A stretch of 64,000 nucleotides of DNA from Dehalococcoidia bacterium (lineage in GTDB: Bacteria; Chloroflexota; Dehalococcoidia; Plut-88900), in assembly GCA_965116945.1 (NCBI GenBank), contig OZ220734.1:65257-129256 (forward strand). Reading direction: 5' to 3'. Both the position numbers and the translations under genes were made by a program. Positions 48,996 to 58,155 of this stretch are shown here, in pieces. The notes beneath the pieces are model-generated. The model searched no databases and was not told where the DNA came from. It saw only the letters and a program-made list of their open reading frames with translations. Position 1 is the first letter of the stretch. Each line of letters starts with the position of its first letter.

Positions 48996-49154
48996 ATGAA
49001 TCTTACCGCAAAGAAAGTCTATTGCAGGACATGTAAGAAGTTGGTCAGTGTTCGCCGCGATGTTGACGGAGAGAACACAACCGTCGTTTGCAACGGCTGC
49101 AACAAAACGTCCTATTCGTGGGATCAGGTAAGCTGGAAATACGTCGGAGGCTGA
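48996..49154 (+). CDS. Unlisted 52-aa zinc-ribbon sORF (CRTC...CNGC) ending 3 nt before the dnaJ GTG start
   Basis: MNLTAKKVYCRTCKKLVSVRRDVDGENTTVVCNGCNKTSYSWDQVSWKYVGG*. Two CxxC pairs. Not in the ORF track because it is under 60 aa. Confidence 0.4.
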   Translation: MNLTAKKVYCRTCKKLVSVRRDVDGENTTVVCNGCNKTSYSWDQVSWKYVGG

Positions 49155-49157
49155 TCC

Positions 49158-50267
49158 GTGGCCAAGCGGGACTACTATGAAGTCCTGGGTGTAGACCGAA
49201 GCGCCGACGCCAAGGCCGTAAAGAAGGCCTACCGCTCCCTTGCCATGAAATACCACCCGGACCGGAACCCGGGTGACGACGCGGCCGCTAGCTCCATGAA
49301 ACAGGTCAACGAGGCCTACGCTATCCTCAATGACCCCAAAAAGCGTGATCTCTACGATAGGTATGGTCATGCAGGATTGGAGGGATATTCCCAGGAGGAC
49401 ATATTCCGAGGTGTGGACTTCTCCAGCATCTTCAGCGAATTTGGCCTGGGGGACATCTTTGGATTTGGCGGAGACCCTTTTGGCGGGATCTTTGGCACCC
49501 GCACCAGGACCCGACACCGCACCAGGAAGGGCGCCGACATCCGATATGACCTCGAAATCTCCCTTCAGGACGTCGCCCGAGGGCTCAAGAAGACCATCAC
49601 CCTTGACCGCAACTCCAGTTGCCCCGGTTGCCTCGGCACCGGAGCGGAGGCCGGCGGACAAAGTGAATGTGAGACCTGCCTCGGTTCCGGACGGTCAGTC
49701 AGGGAAGAACAGTCGGGATTTGGAGTGGTCCGTCAGATACTCACGTGTTCTGACTGTAGGGGCAGTGGTAGGGTCATACTGGATCCCTGTGCCACCTGCC
49801 AGGGACGTGGCAAGACAACGGAGACCGTAGATATCGATGTAAACGTCCCCCCGGGTGTCGAGGACGGGCACGCTCTTCAGATTTCCGGTGAAGGGGAGGC
49901 CGGCCCCGACCTACCCGGCGACCTCTTCGTAGTCCTGAACGTCACCTCGGACCCCATCTTCGAGCGCCAGGGCCAGGACTTGGTAGTTAGGAGAGAGGTA
50001 GACATGGCAACCGCGGCCCTCGGAGGCGAAGTTGAAGTGCCAACCCTGGAAGGCATGATGTCAGTCACCCTACCGAAGGCCACCCAGCACGGGACAACCT
50101 TCCGACTTTCAAATCGTGGGCTGCCTTCCCTCAGGGGCGGGGGCGTAGGAGACCAGTATGTCGTAGTCAAGGTGGCCGTACCAAATGACCTGACTGATGA
50201 AGAAAAGAGTTTGCTTGAGGAATACCGACAACTCAGAAGGAGGACCCCCGAAGATGTCGATGAATAA
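49158..50267 (+). CDS. dnaJ: Molecular chaperone DnaJ (GTG start)
   Basis: J-domain DYYEVLGV...YHPDRNP. G/F region. Four CxxCxGxG repeats. 369 aa. No dnaK/grpE adjacent. Confidence 0.9.
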   Translation: MAKRDYYEVLGVDRSADAKAVKKAYRSLAMKYHPDRNPGDDAAASSMKQVNEAYAILNDPKKRDLYDRYGHAGLEGYSQEDIFRGVDFSSIFSEFGLGDIFGFGGDPFGGIFGTRTRTRHRTRKGADIRYDLEISLQDVARGLKKTITLDRNSSCPGCLGTGAEAGGQSECETCLGSGRSVREEQSGFGVVRQILTCSDCRGSGRVILDPCATCQGRGKTTETVDIDVNVPPGVEDGHALQISGEGEAGPDLPGDLFVVLNVTSDPIFERQGQDLVVRREVDMATAALGGEVEVPTLEGMMSVTLPKATQHGTTFRLSNRGLPSLRGGGVGDQYVVVKVAVPNDLTDEEKSLLEEYRQLRRRTPEDVDE

Positions 50268-50526
50268 AGTGGAAGAAGTCGAGCCTTACGCAGCCAATGT
50301 GACGAAGGCCATCATCAAGAAATGGAACGGCGTAGTACGAGTCTGGAGCGAACCGATGAGCGCAGTGGAAGGCTCTCAGGTATTGGACGAGATCACCGTC
50401 CCTACCCAGGTGACAGTCTTCGAAGAGCAGAAGGACATTTACGGCTCCCTGTCCCAACGTGCTCACATTCGCTACGACAACACTAAAGAGGGCTGGGTAC
50501 TCTGGGATGCCATCACTACCGAGTAG
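50254..50526 (+). CDS. Hypothetical small protein
   Basis: ORF MSMNKVEEVEPYAANVTKAIIKKWNGVVRV... overlapping the dnaJ stop. No motif. Confidence 0.3.
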   Translation: MSMNKVEEVEPYAANVTKAIIKKWNGVVRVWSEPMSAVEGSQVLDEITVPTQVTVFEEQKDIYGSLSQRAHIRYDNTKEGWVLWDAITTE

Positions 50527-50533
50527 TGTGTGC

Positions 50534-51466
50534 CTACCGGAATCGGGCCATTACCCCGTCAACTAGCAGTTCCATCTGCTCTCTCACCAGTCCCGAGGGA
50601 GTCAGAGCATTGAAGACTATGTGATCAACGCCCGCCTCCAGGAAACCTTCCACTGCCTTAACGCAATCGTCTGCATTCCCGAACGCGTACCTTCCATCAG
50701 ACACCAAAGACACCTCGAACCCCCGCCGCCTGTTAACTTCCGCCTCCCCCGCCGCCCGCGCCTCTTCCTGCGTGTCTCCTATCCGATAAAAGAGATGTAT
50801 TGCCCTGGTAAGTCCTGATACTTCTCTCCCCAGTTCATCTCCGTACCGCTCAATCTTGGCCCAGGACGCAGCATATTCCTCCGGATTGACGCGCACTGGG
50901 TAAAATCCATCCGAATACCGTGCCGTCCTCTTCAACATCCTATCCGACACCCCACCTGCCCACAGCGGTGGGTGAGGTCTCTGGTGTGGCCTGGGTTCCA
51001 ACTGAATCTTGCTAAAGCTCTGGAATCTCCCCTGATGGTCCACGGCCTCCCCGGTCCACAACTTGGTCATGATTTCCAGGGCCTCGTCCGTACGGGATCC
51101 CCTCTCTCGTAGACTCACCCCGCAGGCTTCAAAGGCGTCGGGATGAGAGTCGGGCGGGCCCCCCACCCCATATCCCACGATTACCCTCCCCTCCGAATAC
51201 AGGTCCAGCGTAGCCAGTTCCTTTGCAAGTACCACCGGGTTCCGTAAAGGCAACAGCACTGCCCCGGCGCCTACCTTAATCCGGCTGGTGTAGTGCACCA
51301 AAGCGCTCATAGTCATAAGGATGTCCCCAGCCGGCACCTCGTTTACCAGCGCCTCGGGGACCCACACCGAATCGAATCCCATCTCTTCGACCATGGGGCC
51401 AAACTCATGGGGTGGGATTACATTTTCTAACCTGCTGTAGTGAAAACCGAATTTCGCTTCTGCCAT
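50534..51466 (-). CDS. LLM-class F420/flavin-dependent oxidoreductase
   Basis: MAEAKFGFHYS...GFDSVWVPE...GYGVGG LLM motifs. 310 aa. Confidence 0.8.
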   Translation of the reverse strand: MAEAKFGFHYSRLENVIPPHEFGPMVEEMGFDSVWVPEALVNEVPAGDILMTMSALVHYTSRIKVGAGAVLLPLRNPVVLAKELATLDLYSEGRVIVGYGVGGPPDSHPDAFEACGVSLRERGSRTDEALEIMTKLWTGEAVDHQGRFQSFSKIQLEPRPHQRPHPPLWAGGVSDRMLKRTARYSDGFYPVRVNPEEYAASWAKIERYGDELGREVSGLTRAIHLFYRIGDTQEEARAAGEAEVNRRRGFEVSLVSDGRYAFGNADDCVKAVEGFLEAGVDHIVFNALTPSGLVREQMELLVDGVMARFR

Positions 51467-51664
51467 GACTTATCTCCCAAAACCGTGCCCTTTTCCAAAT
51501 GTCATCTCCATACCCCCCAAGGAACCGCCTGAGGCACTGGGCATGAATTGGATAGCGTTTACCTGACGTAGTCCAAGTTCTGGATGGTCCATATTTACCG
51601 GCGCCAAGTGTGACATCTGCTTATTGCCACCCACCTCCCACCCGGCTATATTAGCGCAACTATT

Positions 51665-52900
51665 ATGACTGATAACGCCGTTGACTGGCCTCCTCCGCAA
51701 GCCCTCGCCGGGACCCGAGTCCTGGACCTGACCCACTATTCTGCAGGGCCCTTCTGCACAAAGCTACTTGCAGACTACGGTGCCGAAGTAATCAAGCTCG
51801 AAAGACCTGGCTCAGGCGATCCCGGACGCAGAATCGGGCCATTTAATCAAGACCTTCCCAACCCCGAGTCCAGCGCCCTCTTCCAGTACCTTAATCAAAA
51901 TAAACTTGGCATAACTTTGGACCTAAAGCAATCTGCAGGTGTTCGAATTATTGAATCCCTGGCCATGTGGGCCGATGTAATAGTGGAGAACTTCCAGCCT
52001 GGTGTGATGTCAAAATTCGGCCTGGGCTACTCTCGACTAAAGGAATTGAAACCTTCTTTAATCCTAACTTCCATATCAAATTTCGGGCAGACCGGTCCCT
52101 ACAGGCATCGTAAGGCAACCGAAATAGTGGAATATGCCACCGGCGGCCCCATGCTCTTCACCGGGGCCGCCCACCGAGAGCCGGTAAAACATGGGGGTCG
52201 GGTGGGGATGTATTATGCAGGCCAGGTCGCTGCTAATGCCACGCTTATGGCCTTGTACCGGCGCATGGGCAACGGGGGCCCGGGGGACCACCTTGACATT
52301 TCCATCATGGAGACCCAGGCCGGGTCCATAGACAGGCAATCAGCTCTGCTGCTTAGCCACGTATATCGTGGATTGCGGTACTCTCGCTTCGCCGGCCAAA
52401 AGGGCCGCTTTTCCCAACTCTATATGAGCAAAGATGGCTATGTGGACGTTCAAAGCGCCGGACGCTTTGAAAGACTCCTCAGGCTTCTCAACAGACCTCA
52501 TTTCTTCGAAGAAAATGGCACCGATTTAACCGCTGGAATCTCAGACCCACAAGTGGTTCAAAAACTGGATGGCTTGGTTGCCGAGTGGATCTCGGGTCGC
52601 ACCCAGATAGAAAGTTGGGCGAACAGTCAGGCCCAAAGGACCCTCTCGGCCCCTCTCTATGACCCGGCGGGGGTAGCCACAGACCCGGGATACCGTGCCC
52701 GAGGAATGTGGACTGCCGTCGAAGACCACCGGCTCGGGCAAAGGGTGTTTCCTGGCAGACACATGATCATGCACCAATCACCGTGGCAGTTTAGATGCCC
52801 CGCTCCGACTCTCGGCCAACACAATTGGCACGTTTATTGTGGGATGCTTGGATTGAGCCGTCGGGAGTTGGTGACACTGGGACGGGATGGGGTGGTTTAG
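51665..52900 (+). CDS. CoA-transferase family III (CaiB/BaiF-like), duplicated module gene A'
   Basis: LAGTRVLDLTHYSAGPFCTKLLADYGAEVIKLERPGSGDP. Paralogous to 45791..46996. Confidence 0.85.
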   Translation: MTDNAVDWPPPQALAGTRVLDLTHYSAGPFCTKLLADYGAEVIKLERPGSGDPGRRIGPFNQDLPNPESSALFQYLNQNKLGITLDLKQSAGVRIIESLAMWADVIVENFQPGVMSKFGLGYSRLKELKPSLILTSISNFGQTGPYRHRKATEIVEYATGGPMLFTGAAHREPVKHGGRVGMYYAGQVAANATLMALYRRMGNGGPGDHLDISIMETQAGSIDRQSALLLSHVYRGLRYSRFAGQKGRFSQLYMSKDGYVDVQSAGRFERLLRLLNRPHFFEENGTDLTAGISDPQVVQKLDGLVAEWISGRTQIESWANSQAQRTLSAPLYDPAGVATDPGYRARGMWTAVEDHRLGQRVFPGRHMIMHQSPWQFRCPAPTLGQHNWHVYCGMLGLSRRELVTLGRDGVV

Positions 52901-54198
52901 TGTCTTCCCGGTTGCCCCTGGAGGGAGTGCGCATCATCGACATGACGCTGGCTTGGGTCGGACCTTTTGGAACGCAAATCCTCGCCGACTGGGGCGCAGA
53001 GGTTATCCGGGTCGAGCCCATTTCCATTTTCCAGTATGGTACCCGGGCCCCACAGCTTAAACCCATCAATCGCGGACTGTATGACTGGGCGAGCACCTAC
53101 CCGGACGGTGATCCCGGAGAACGTCACTGGAACCGCAACACGGTGTTCCAAATTCATGCCCGCAACAAGCTCAGCATGACCTCCAATCTTCCTGCCCCGG
53201 ACATCATGGATTATCACCTAAAGCTCGCTTCGATCTCCGATGTCGTGATCGAGAATAATGTACCCCAGACCTACAACAAGATTGGCGCCAGCTATGAGCA
53301 ACTGCGCGAGGCGAGACCCGACATCATCTTGGTGCGCGTACCGGCCTACGGCCTGACCGGGCCATATACCGCGTACAGAGCCCTGGGGCCTCAAATGGAA
53401 TCGGCGGCGGGACACACTTGGATTCGGGGGTACAGGGACGGTCCATTCACGGATGCCGGAACCTCATTTTTTGGCGACGCAGTCGGCGGTGTAACCGAAG
53501 CCTTTGCCGCGCTCACGGCCCTTTGTCATCGCAGAAGAACAGGCCAGGGACAGCTGGTCGAGGTCGCAACCGCCGAGGCAATAGTCGGGTATATCCCTGA
53601 ATCCACCCTTGATTGGCAGGTTAACGGCCGCCTTCAGAGCGCCCTGGGCAATGCCCACCCCTCCCGAGCCCCCCAGGGTTGCTACCAATGCCGGGGTGAA
53701 GACAACTGGGTGGTGATCTCCATAGGAAGCGACGAAGAATGGGTGGCTCTGAAACGGGTAATGAAGCACCCTTCTTGGGCCCAGGACCCCAGGTTTGATA
53801 CCGCTCTCGGCAGGTACCGCTGTCAGGAAGAGATTAATGGGCACCTGGATTCGTGGACGGGGGATAAAGACCATATCGAGCTAATGGCACTGCTCCAGTC
53901 GGAAGGAGTGCCCTCTGGCGCAGTCCACGACCAACAAGAACTCTACAATGATCCCCAAATGGTGACTCGGGGATATTTCGAACAGCTGGAGCAACCCTCC
54001 ACTGGGATGCATCCGTATACCGGTATGATGTGGAAGATGAAGGAAACCCCCAACGGAATCCGGCGCCCGGCGCCCATGCTAGGGGAGCACAACGAATATG
54101 TCTTCAAAGAGCTTTTGGGCCTGACTGAGTCGGAATATGCGAAACTCGAACGTAAAGGCCACGTGGGTATGCAATACGCAGCCCATCTTTATGATTAG
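52900..54198 (+). CDS. CoA-transferase family III (CaiB/BaiF-like), duplicated module gene B'; probable GTG start overlapping the upstream TAG by 1 nt
   Basis: LEGVRIIDMTLAWVGPFGTQILADWGAEVIRVEP. Paralogous to 46983..48308. The ORF maximum begins at 52795, inside gene A'. Confidence 0.8.
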   Translation: MSSRLPLEGVRIIDMTLAWVGPFGTQILADWGAEVIRVEPISIFQYGTRAPQLKPINRGLYDWASTYPDGDPGERHWNRNTVFQIHARNKLSMTSNLPAPDIMDYHLKLASISDVVIENNVPQTYNKIGASYEQLREARPDIILVRVPAYGLTGPYTAYRALGPQMESAAGHTWIRGYRDGPFTDAGTSFFGDAVGGVTEAFAALTALCHRRRTGQGQLVEVATAEAIVGYIPESTLDWQVNGRLQSALGNAHPSRAPQGCYQCRGEDNWVVISIGSDEEWVALKRVMKHPSWAQDPRFDTALGRYRCQEEINGHLDSWTGDKDHIELMALLQSEGVPSGAVHDQQELYNDPQMVTRGYFEQLEQPSTGMHPYTGMMWKMKETPNGIRRPAPMLGEHNEYVFKELLGLTESEYAKLERKGHVGMQYAAHLYD

Positions 54199-54230
54199 TG
54201 ACTGCTACGATTTGAGGAAGGAGGCCCGGC

Positions 54231-55661
54231 ATGCTTGATCTGGTGATACGGGGAGGTACGGTTGTAACTCCCACGGGCGTGGGTCAATGGGATGTTGCAG
54301 TCAAAGACGAGCGGATAATCGCGGTCTCGGAGCCCGGCACTTTCACTTCTGACATCGAAAGAATCGTTGATGCTCAAGGCAAGATAGTTGTGCCCGGCGG
54401 CGTCGAACCCCACGCCCACTGCTCCTGGACGGTGCCAACCCTGGCCCACGAGGGCGTCAGCGCCGGCAGCATCGAGGACGTGAGTCGGGCCTGCTTGTTT
54501 GGCGGCACCACCACCCTTATAGACTTCGCATACTGGGAGCCCGGCGAAGACCTCTTCGAAACCCTTGAAAAGAAGGAAGCAATCTTCAGAGGCAATAGCT
54601 ACGTCGACTACTCCTACCATGTCTCACTCTATTCCACCAAGGGAGACTTGCCCTTCTCTGTGATGGAGCAGATAGAGGAAGTTGTAGACGCGGGATATCC
54701 AAGCTTTAAGGTTTGGACTACCAACACCACCCCACACCGCCCCCGGCAGATGACCGATATAGGACACCTCGGCGAAATCATGAGTCACGTGGCCCGAAGT
54801 GGTGGAATGATGCTGGTCCACGCAGAGGACGAAGACATAGTAATGTTCATGTACAAGAAGCAGGCCCACCTTGGCCAGGTTCACCGAAAGTACATGCACC
54901 ACGTCCACAACAACATGTCAGAGGACATTTCATTCAGACGAGTAATCCGGCTATCAGAATGGATGCACTGCGCTCTCTACCTTGTCCACGTCAGTGCAAG
55001 GGAAGGGGTGGAGGCCATTGGAGAGGCTCGGGCCAAGGGTCTGCCCGTTTATGGTGAGACCCTTCATCACTATGCATCTTTCAACCACACTGAGTACGAA
55101 AGACCGGACGGCGCACTTTTCCACACGTATCCCTCCCTGAAGACCGAGGTGGATCAGGCTGCCCTCTGGCAGGGCCTGCTGGATGGTCGTCTTTCCACCC
55201 TTGCCACAGACGAACTGTGGACTACCAGGGACCAAAAGCTACGCGGCCAGACTATCGAGGACACCACCGGAGGCGCTGAGGGGGTTGAGGCGCGTATGGG
55301 TATAGGTTACAGCGAGGGCGTAGTGAAGCGGGGTATGAGCCTGGAACGCTTTGTAGACATCACATCTGCCAATGCAGCCAAATTGCTTGGCCTATACCCC
55401 CGAAAGGGAGCCCTGGCCCCGGGCAGTGACGCAGATATCGTCATAATCGATACTGACTATCACAAAGCTCTTCAGCTATCAGACCTACACGGCGCCGACT
55501 ACAGCATCTGGGCAGGATGGGAAGTCCAAGGCTGGCCCGTTACGACCATTCTGAGAGGACAGGTCGTAGTTGAAGACGGTCAGCTGATTGCAGAAAAAGA
55601 ACGTGGAGCACTACTCCCTAGGAGGATTGATGGCAGGATAGTCAAGAGCCCCATCTGCTGA
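54231..55661 (+). CDS. Cyclic amidohydrolase of the dihydropyrimidinase/hydantoinase family
   Basis: MLDLVIRGGTVVTP...VPGGVEPHAHCSW (HxH), YPSFKVWTT (carbamylatable Lys), LVHAEDED. 476 aa. Confidence 0.75.
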   Translation: MLDLVIRGGTVVTPTGVGQWDVAVKDERIIAVSEPGTFTSDIERIVDAQGKIVVPGGVEPHAHCSWTVPTLAHEGVSAGSIEDVSRACLFGGTTTLIDFAYWEPGEDLFETLEKKEAIFRGNSYVDYSYHVSLYSTKGDLPFSVMEQIEEVVDAGYPSFKVWTTNTTPHRPRQMTDIGHLGEIMSHVARSGGMMLVHAEDEDIVMFMYKKQAHLGQVHRKYMHHVHNNMSEDISFRRVIRLSEWMHCALYLVHVSAREGVEAIGEARAKGLPVYGETLHHYASFNHTEYERPDGALFHTYPSLKTEVDQAALWQGLLDGRLSTLATDELWTTRDQKLRGQTIEDTTGGAEGVEARMGIGYSEGVVKRGMSLERFVDITSANAAKLLGLYPRKGALAPGSDADIVIIDTDYHKALQLSDLHGADYSIWAGWEVQGWPVTTILRGQVVVEDGQLIAEKERGALLPRRIDGRIVKSPIC

Positions 55662-55689
55662 GCTTTTGGGGCGTCGCCTTAGTCCGCCC

Positions 55690-56892
55690 CTATCCCACCG
55701 CCCCCGACGCCCTGAGCGAGTCGATCTGCTCGGCAGAATATCCGGCCGACTCCAGGACATCCTTCGTATGCTCACCGATGCTTGGGCCAAATCCCCGGGG
55801 CCTCATTGTCTCCCCCGCAAACTTGAATGGGATGCCCACCTGCTTCACCATCCCCAGCGACGAGTGCTCCATCTCCACCACCATATCCCGTTCCTGGACT
55901 TGAGGATCACCTGCAACCTCGTCAATGGCGTAAACCCTGCCCACACACGTGTCAACCTCGCTCAACACATCGAACCATTCGTCTCGGGTGCGCGTAAGGA
56001 AGGCATTGGCTAGCTGGGCATTTACACGCTCGTCTTCCATCCCGTATTCGTAATGGTCGGCAATTTCCTCCAGCCCCATGGCCTGGCAAAGCGTAACGTA
56101 GAACCACGGCTCCAGGCTGGCTATGGATATGAATTTGTCGTCTTTGGTGCGGTAAATGAAGTAACGCGGATCTCCTCCTGCCAGCCTTGACCGCCCGAGC
56201 GTTGGCACATTGCCCGTCTTAAAATAGTCCTCGAACATGGTAGCCATCAGGTACATGACGCCATCGGTCATAGCCACGTCCACGTATCTCCCCCGCCCCG
56301 TCGTCCGATGTTCTACCAGAGCGGCAAGTACGGCTATTGCAGCAGTTAGCCCGCCACCTGCGAAGTCACCTAGTAAGTTCCATGGGATTGCATGCTGACC
56401 AGGGCCGCTTCCAATTGCCCCCTGGGCCCCTGCCGTAGACGTGTAGTTGATGTCATGTCCCACCATGCTCCTGTAGGGTCCCGTCTGACCGTAGCCCGTG
56501 ACTGACAGGTAGACTATGCCCGGGTTGATTCTGCTGATGGTCTCGTAATCGACCCCCAACCGCTTAACCACACCTGGCCTGAATTCTTCTACGAAGACGT
56601 CAGCATCCTCGACCAGCTTGTATAAGACCTTGCGCGCATCTTCGCTTTTCAGGTTCAGGCCAATGCTACGCTTGCCTCGTGCCATGGGATCATAGGCGTT
56701 CTCCTCCTCGGAGCGGTTCAGCCACCCTGCTCCGGCCATTGCGCCCTTCACCGCCGCCCGCCTCCCGCTAAGTGCGAATTCCTCGACCTTTAACACGTCA
56801 GCACCCAAGTCTGACAAGACCATAGTGCAGAAGGGCCCGGGGGCCATGCGCGACAGGTCGATTACTTTGATTCCCTCTAACGGTAGAGCCAT
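55690..56892 (-). CDS. CoA-transferase family III (CaiB/BaiF-like)
   Basis: MALPLEGIKVIDLSRMAPGPFCTMVLSDLGADVLKVEE. Confidence 0.85.
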   Translation of the reverse strand: MALPLEGIKVIDLSRMAPGPFCTMVLSDLGADVLKVEEFALSGRRAAVKGAMAGAGWLNRSEEENAYDPMARGKRSIGLNLKSEDARKVLYKLVEDADVFVEEFRPGVVKRLGVDYETISRINPGIVYLSVTGYGQTGPYRSMVGHDINYTSTAGAQGAIGSGPGQHAIPWNLLGDFAGGGLTAAIAVLAALVEHRTTGRGRYVDVAMTDGVMYLMATMFEDYFKTGNVPTLGRSRLAGGDPRYFIYRTKDDKFISIASLEPWFYVTLCQAMGLEEIADHYEYGMEDERVNAQLANAFLTRTRDEWFDVLSEVDTCVGRVYAIDEVAGDPQVQERDMVVEMEHSSLGMVKQVGIPFKFAGETMRPRGFGPSIGEHTKDVLESAGYSAEQIDSLRASGAVG

Positions 56893-56922
56893 TAATAGTG
56901 TCCTCCCGGATTGGTGGTGAGC

Positions 56923-58143
56923 TCAGGACTCCACGGTGATCACGCCTTCGGCAATAAGGTCGCCAATCTCCTCGTCGGTCATGCCGAGGATCTCCTTGTA
57001 GACGTATTCGTTGTGCTGACCGAGTGTCGGGGCCGCCGTAAGACTGCCCGGTGTACGGGACAACTCGAAGGAGAACCCGTCATATGCGTGCCGCCCTATA
57101 ACTTCGTGGTTCAGGTTCCTGAAGAAGTTCCGGTACTTGACCTGGGCATCTGCAAACTGCCCCTCCGCACTTAACACCACACCGGCCGGCACGCCCGCGG
57201 ACTGCAGCGTCTCCATGACTTCTTGAGCATCCCGCCCTCGCGTCCACTCACCGATAAGCTTATCTAGTGCTTCCTCGTTTGCTTTTCTCGCCTCCAGGTT
57301 CTCGAAGCGCGGATCTTTGGTCCATGCGGGCTTGTTCATAACCCAGCACAGACTGTTCCATTCATCCTCGGTGAATACAGCAATGGCGCACCAGGAGTCC
57401 TCACCCCGACATGGATAGGCGTTGTGCGGTGCGGCCCTCGGGTCCCGGTTTCCGTCCCGGGTCATCTCTTGACCGTTCAGAGCGTAATTCATCTGCACCG
57501 GTGCGATCATTTGCAGACCACTCTCGAGCTGGGATAGGTCAAGATGCTGCCCGATCCCCGTCTTCCTTTTGTGGTCCAGCGCAGCAACGAGGGCCGCAGC
57601 ACCAAAGAACGGCGAAATAAAGTCCGTGTAAGCGCCGTACGGTGGAGCCGGCTCCCTGTCCGGCCATCCGGTCAGATGAGCGTACCCCGACAGGCTGGCC
57701 ATCATCATTCCGAACCCGATGAAGCCGCTATGCGGACCACCTTTGCCCTGTTGGCTGGCACTGTAATAAATGATGTCGGGCTTGATCTTGCGAATGCTTT
57801 CGTAGTCCAGTCCCCACTTTGCCATCGCCCGGGGGCTGAAGGATTCAGCTACTACATCGGCCCACAATATCAGCTGACGCGCAATCTCCACTCCCCTTGG
57901 AGTGTTAATGTCCAGGCTGATGCCGTACTTGCTTGTGTTGTAGTCCGTCATGAAGGCGCTTCGGTCTACGCCCGCGATGCCATCCTTGAATGGCGGTGTC
58001 ATTCGTAGCGTGTCCAGGTGGGTGTGCGATTCTATGTGGACAACCGTGGCGCCGTGATCGGCCAGGTTCTTGATAGTGATCGGCCCGACTCCCACCCAAG
58101 TGAAGTCCGCCACTTTGATGCCTTGAAATATCTGCTCAGGCAC
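56923..58143 (-). CDS. CoA-transferase family III (CaiB/BaiF-like)
   Basis: FQGIKVADFTWVGVGPITIKNLADHGATVVHIES. Confidence 0.85.
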   Translation of the reverse strand: MPEQIFQGIKVADFTWVGVGPITIKNLADHGATVVHIESHTHLDTLRMTPPFKDGIAGVDRSAFMTDYNTSKYGISLDINTPRGVEIARQLILWADVVAESFSPRAMAKWGLDYESIRKIKPDIIYYSASQQGKGGPHSGFIGFGMMMASLSGYAHLTGWPDREPAPPYGAYTDFISPFFGAAALVAALDHKRKTGIGQHLDLSQLESGLQMIAPVQMNYALNGQEMTRDGNRDPRAAPHNAYPCRGEDSWCAIAVFTEDEWNSLCWVMNKPAWTKDPRFENLEARKANEEALDKLIGEWTRGRDAQEVMETLQSAGVPAGVVLSAEGQFADAQVKYRNFFRNLNHEVIGRHAYDGFSFELSRTPGSLTAAPTLGQHNEYVYKEILGMTDEEIGDLIAEGVITVES

Positions 58144-58155
58144 TGACCACTCTCC

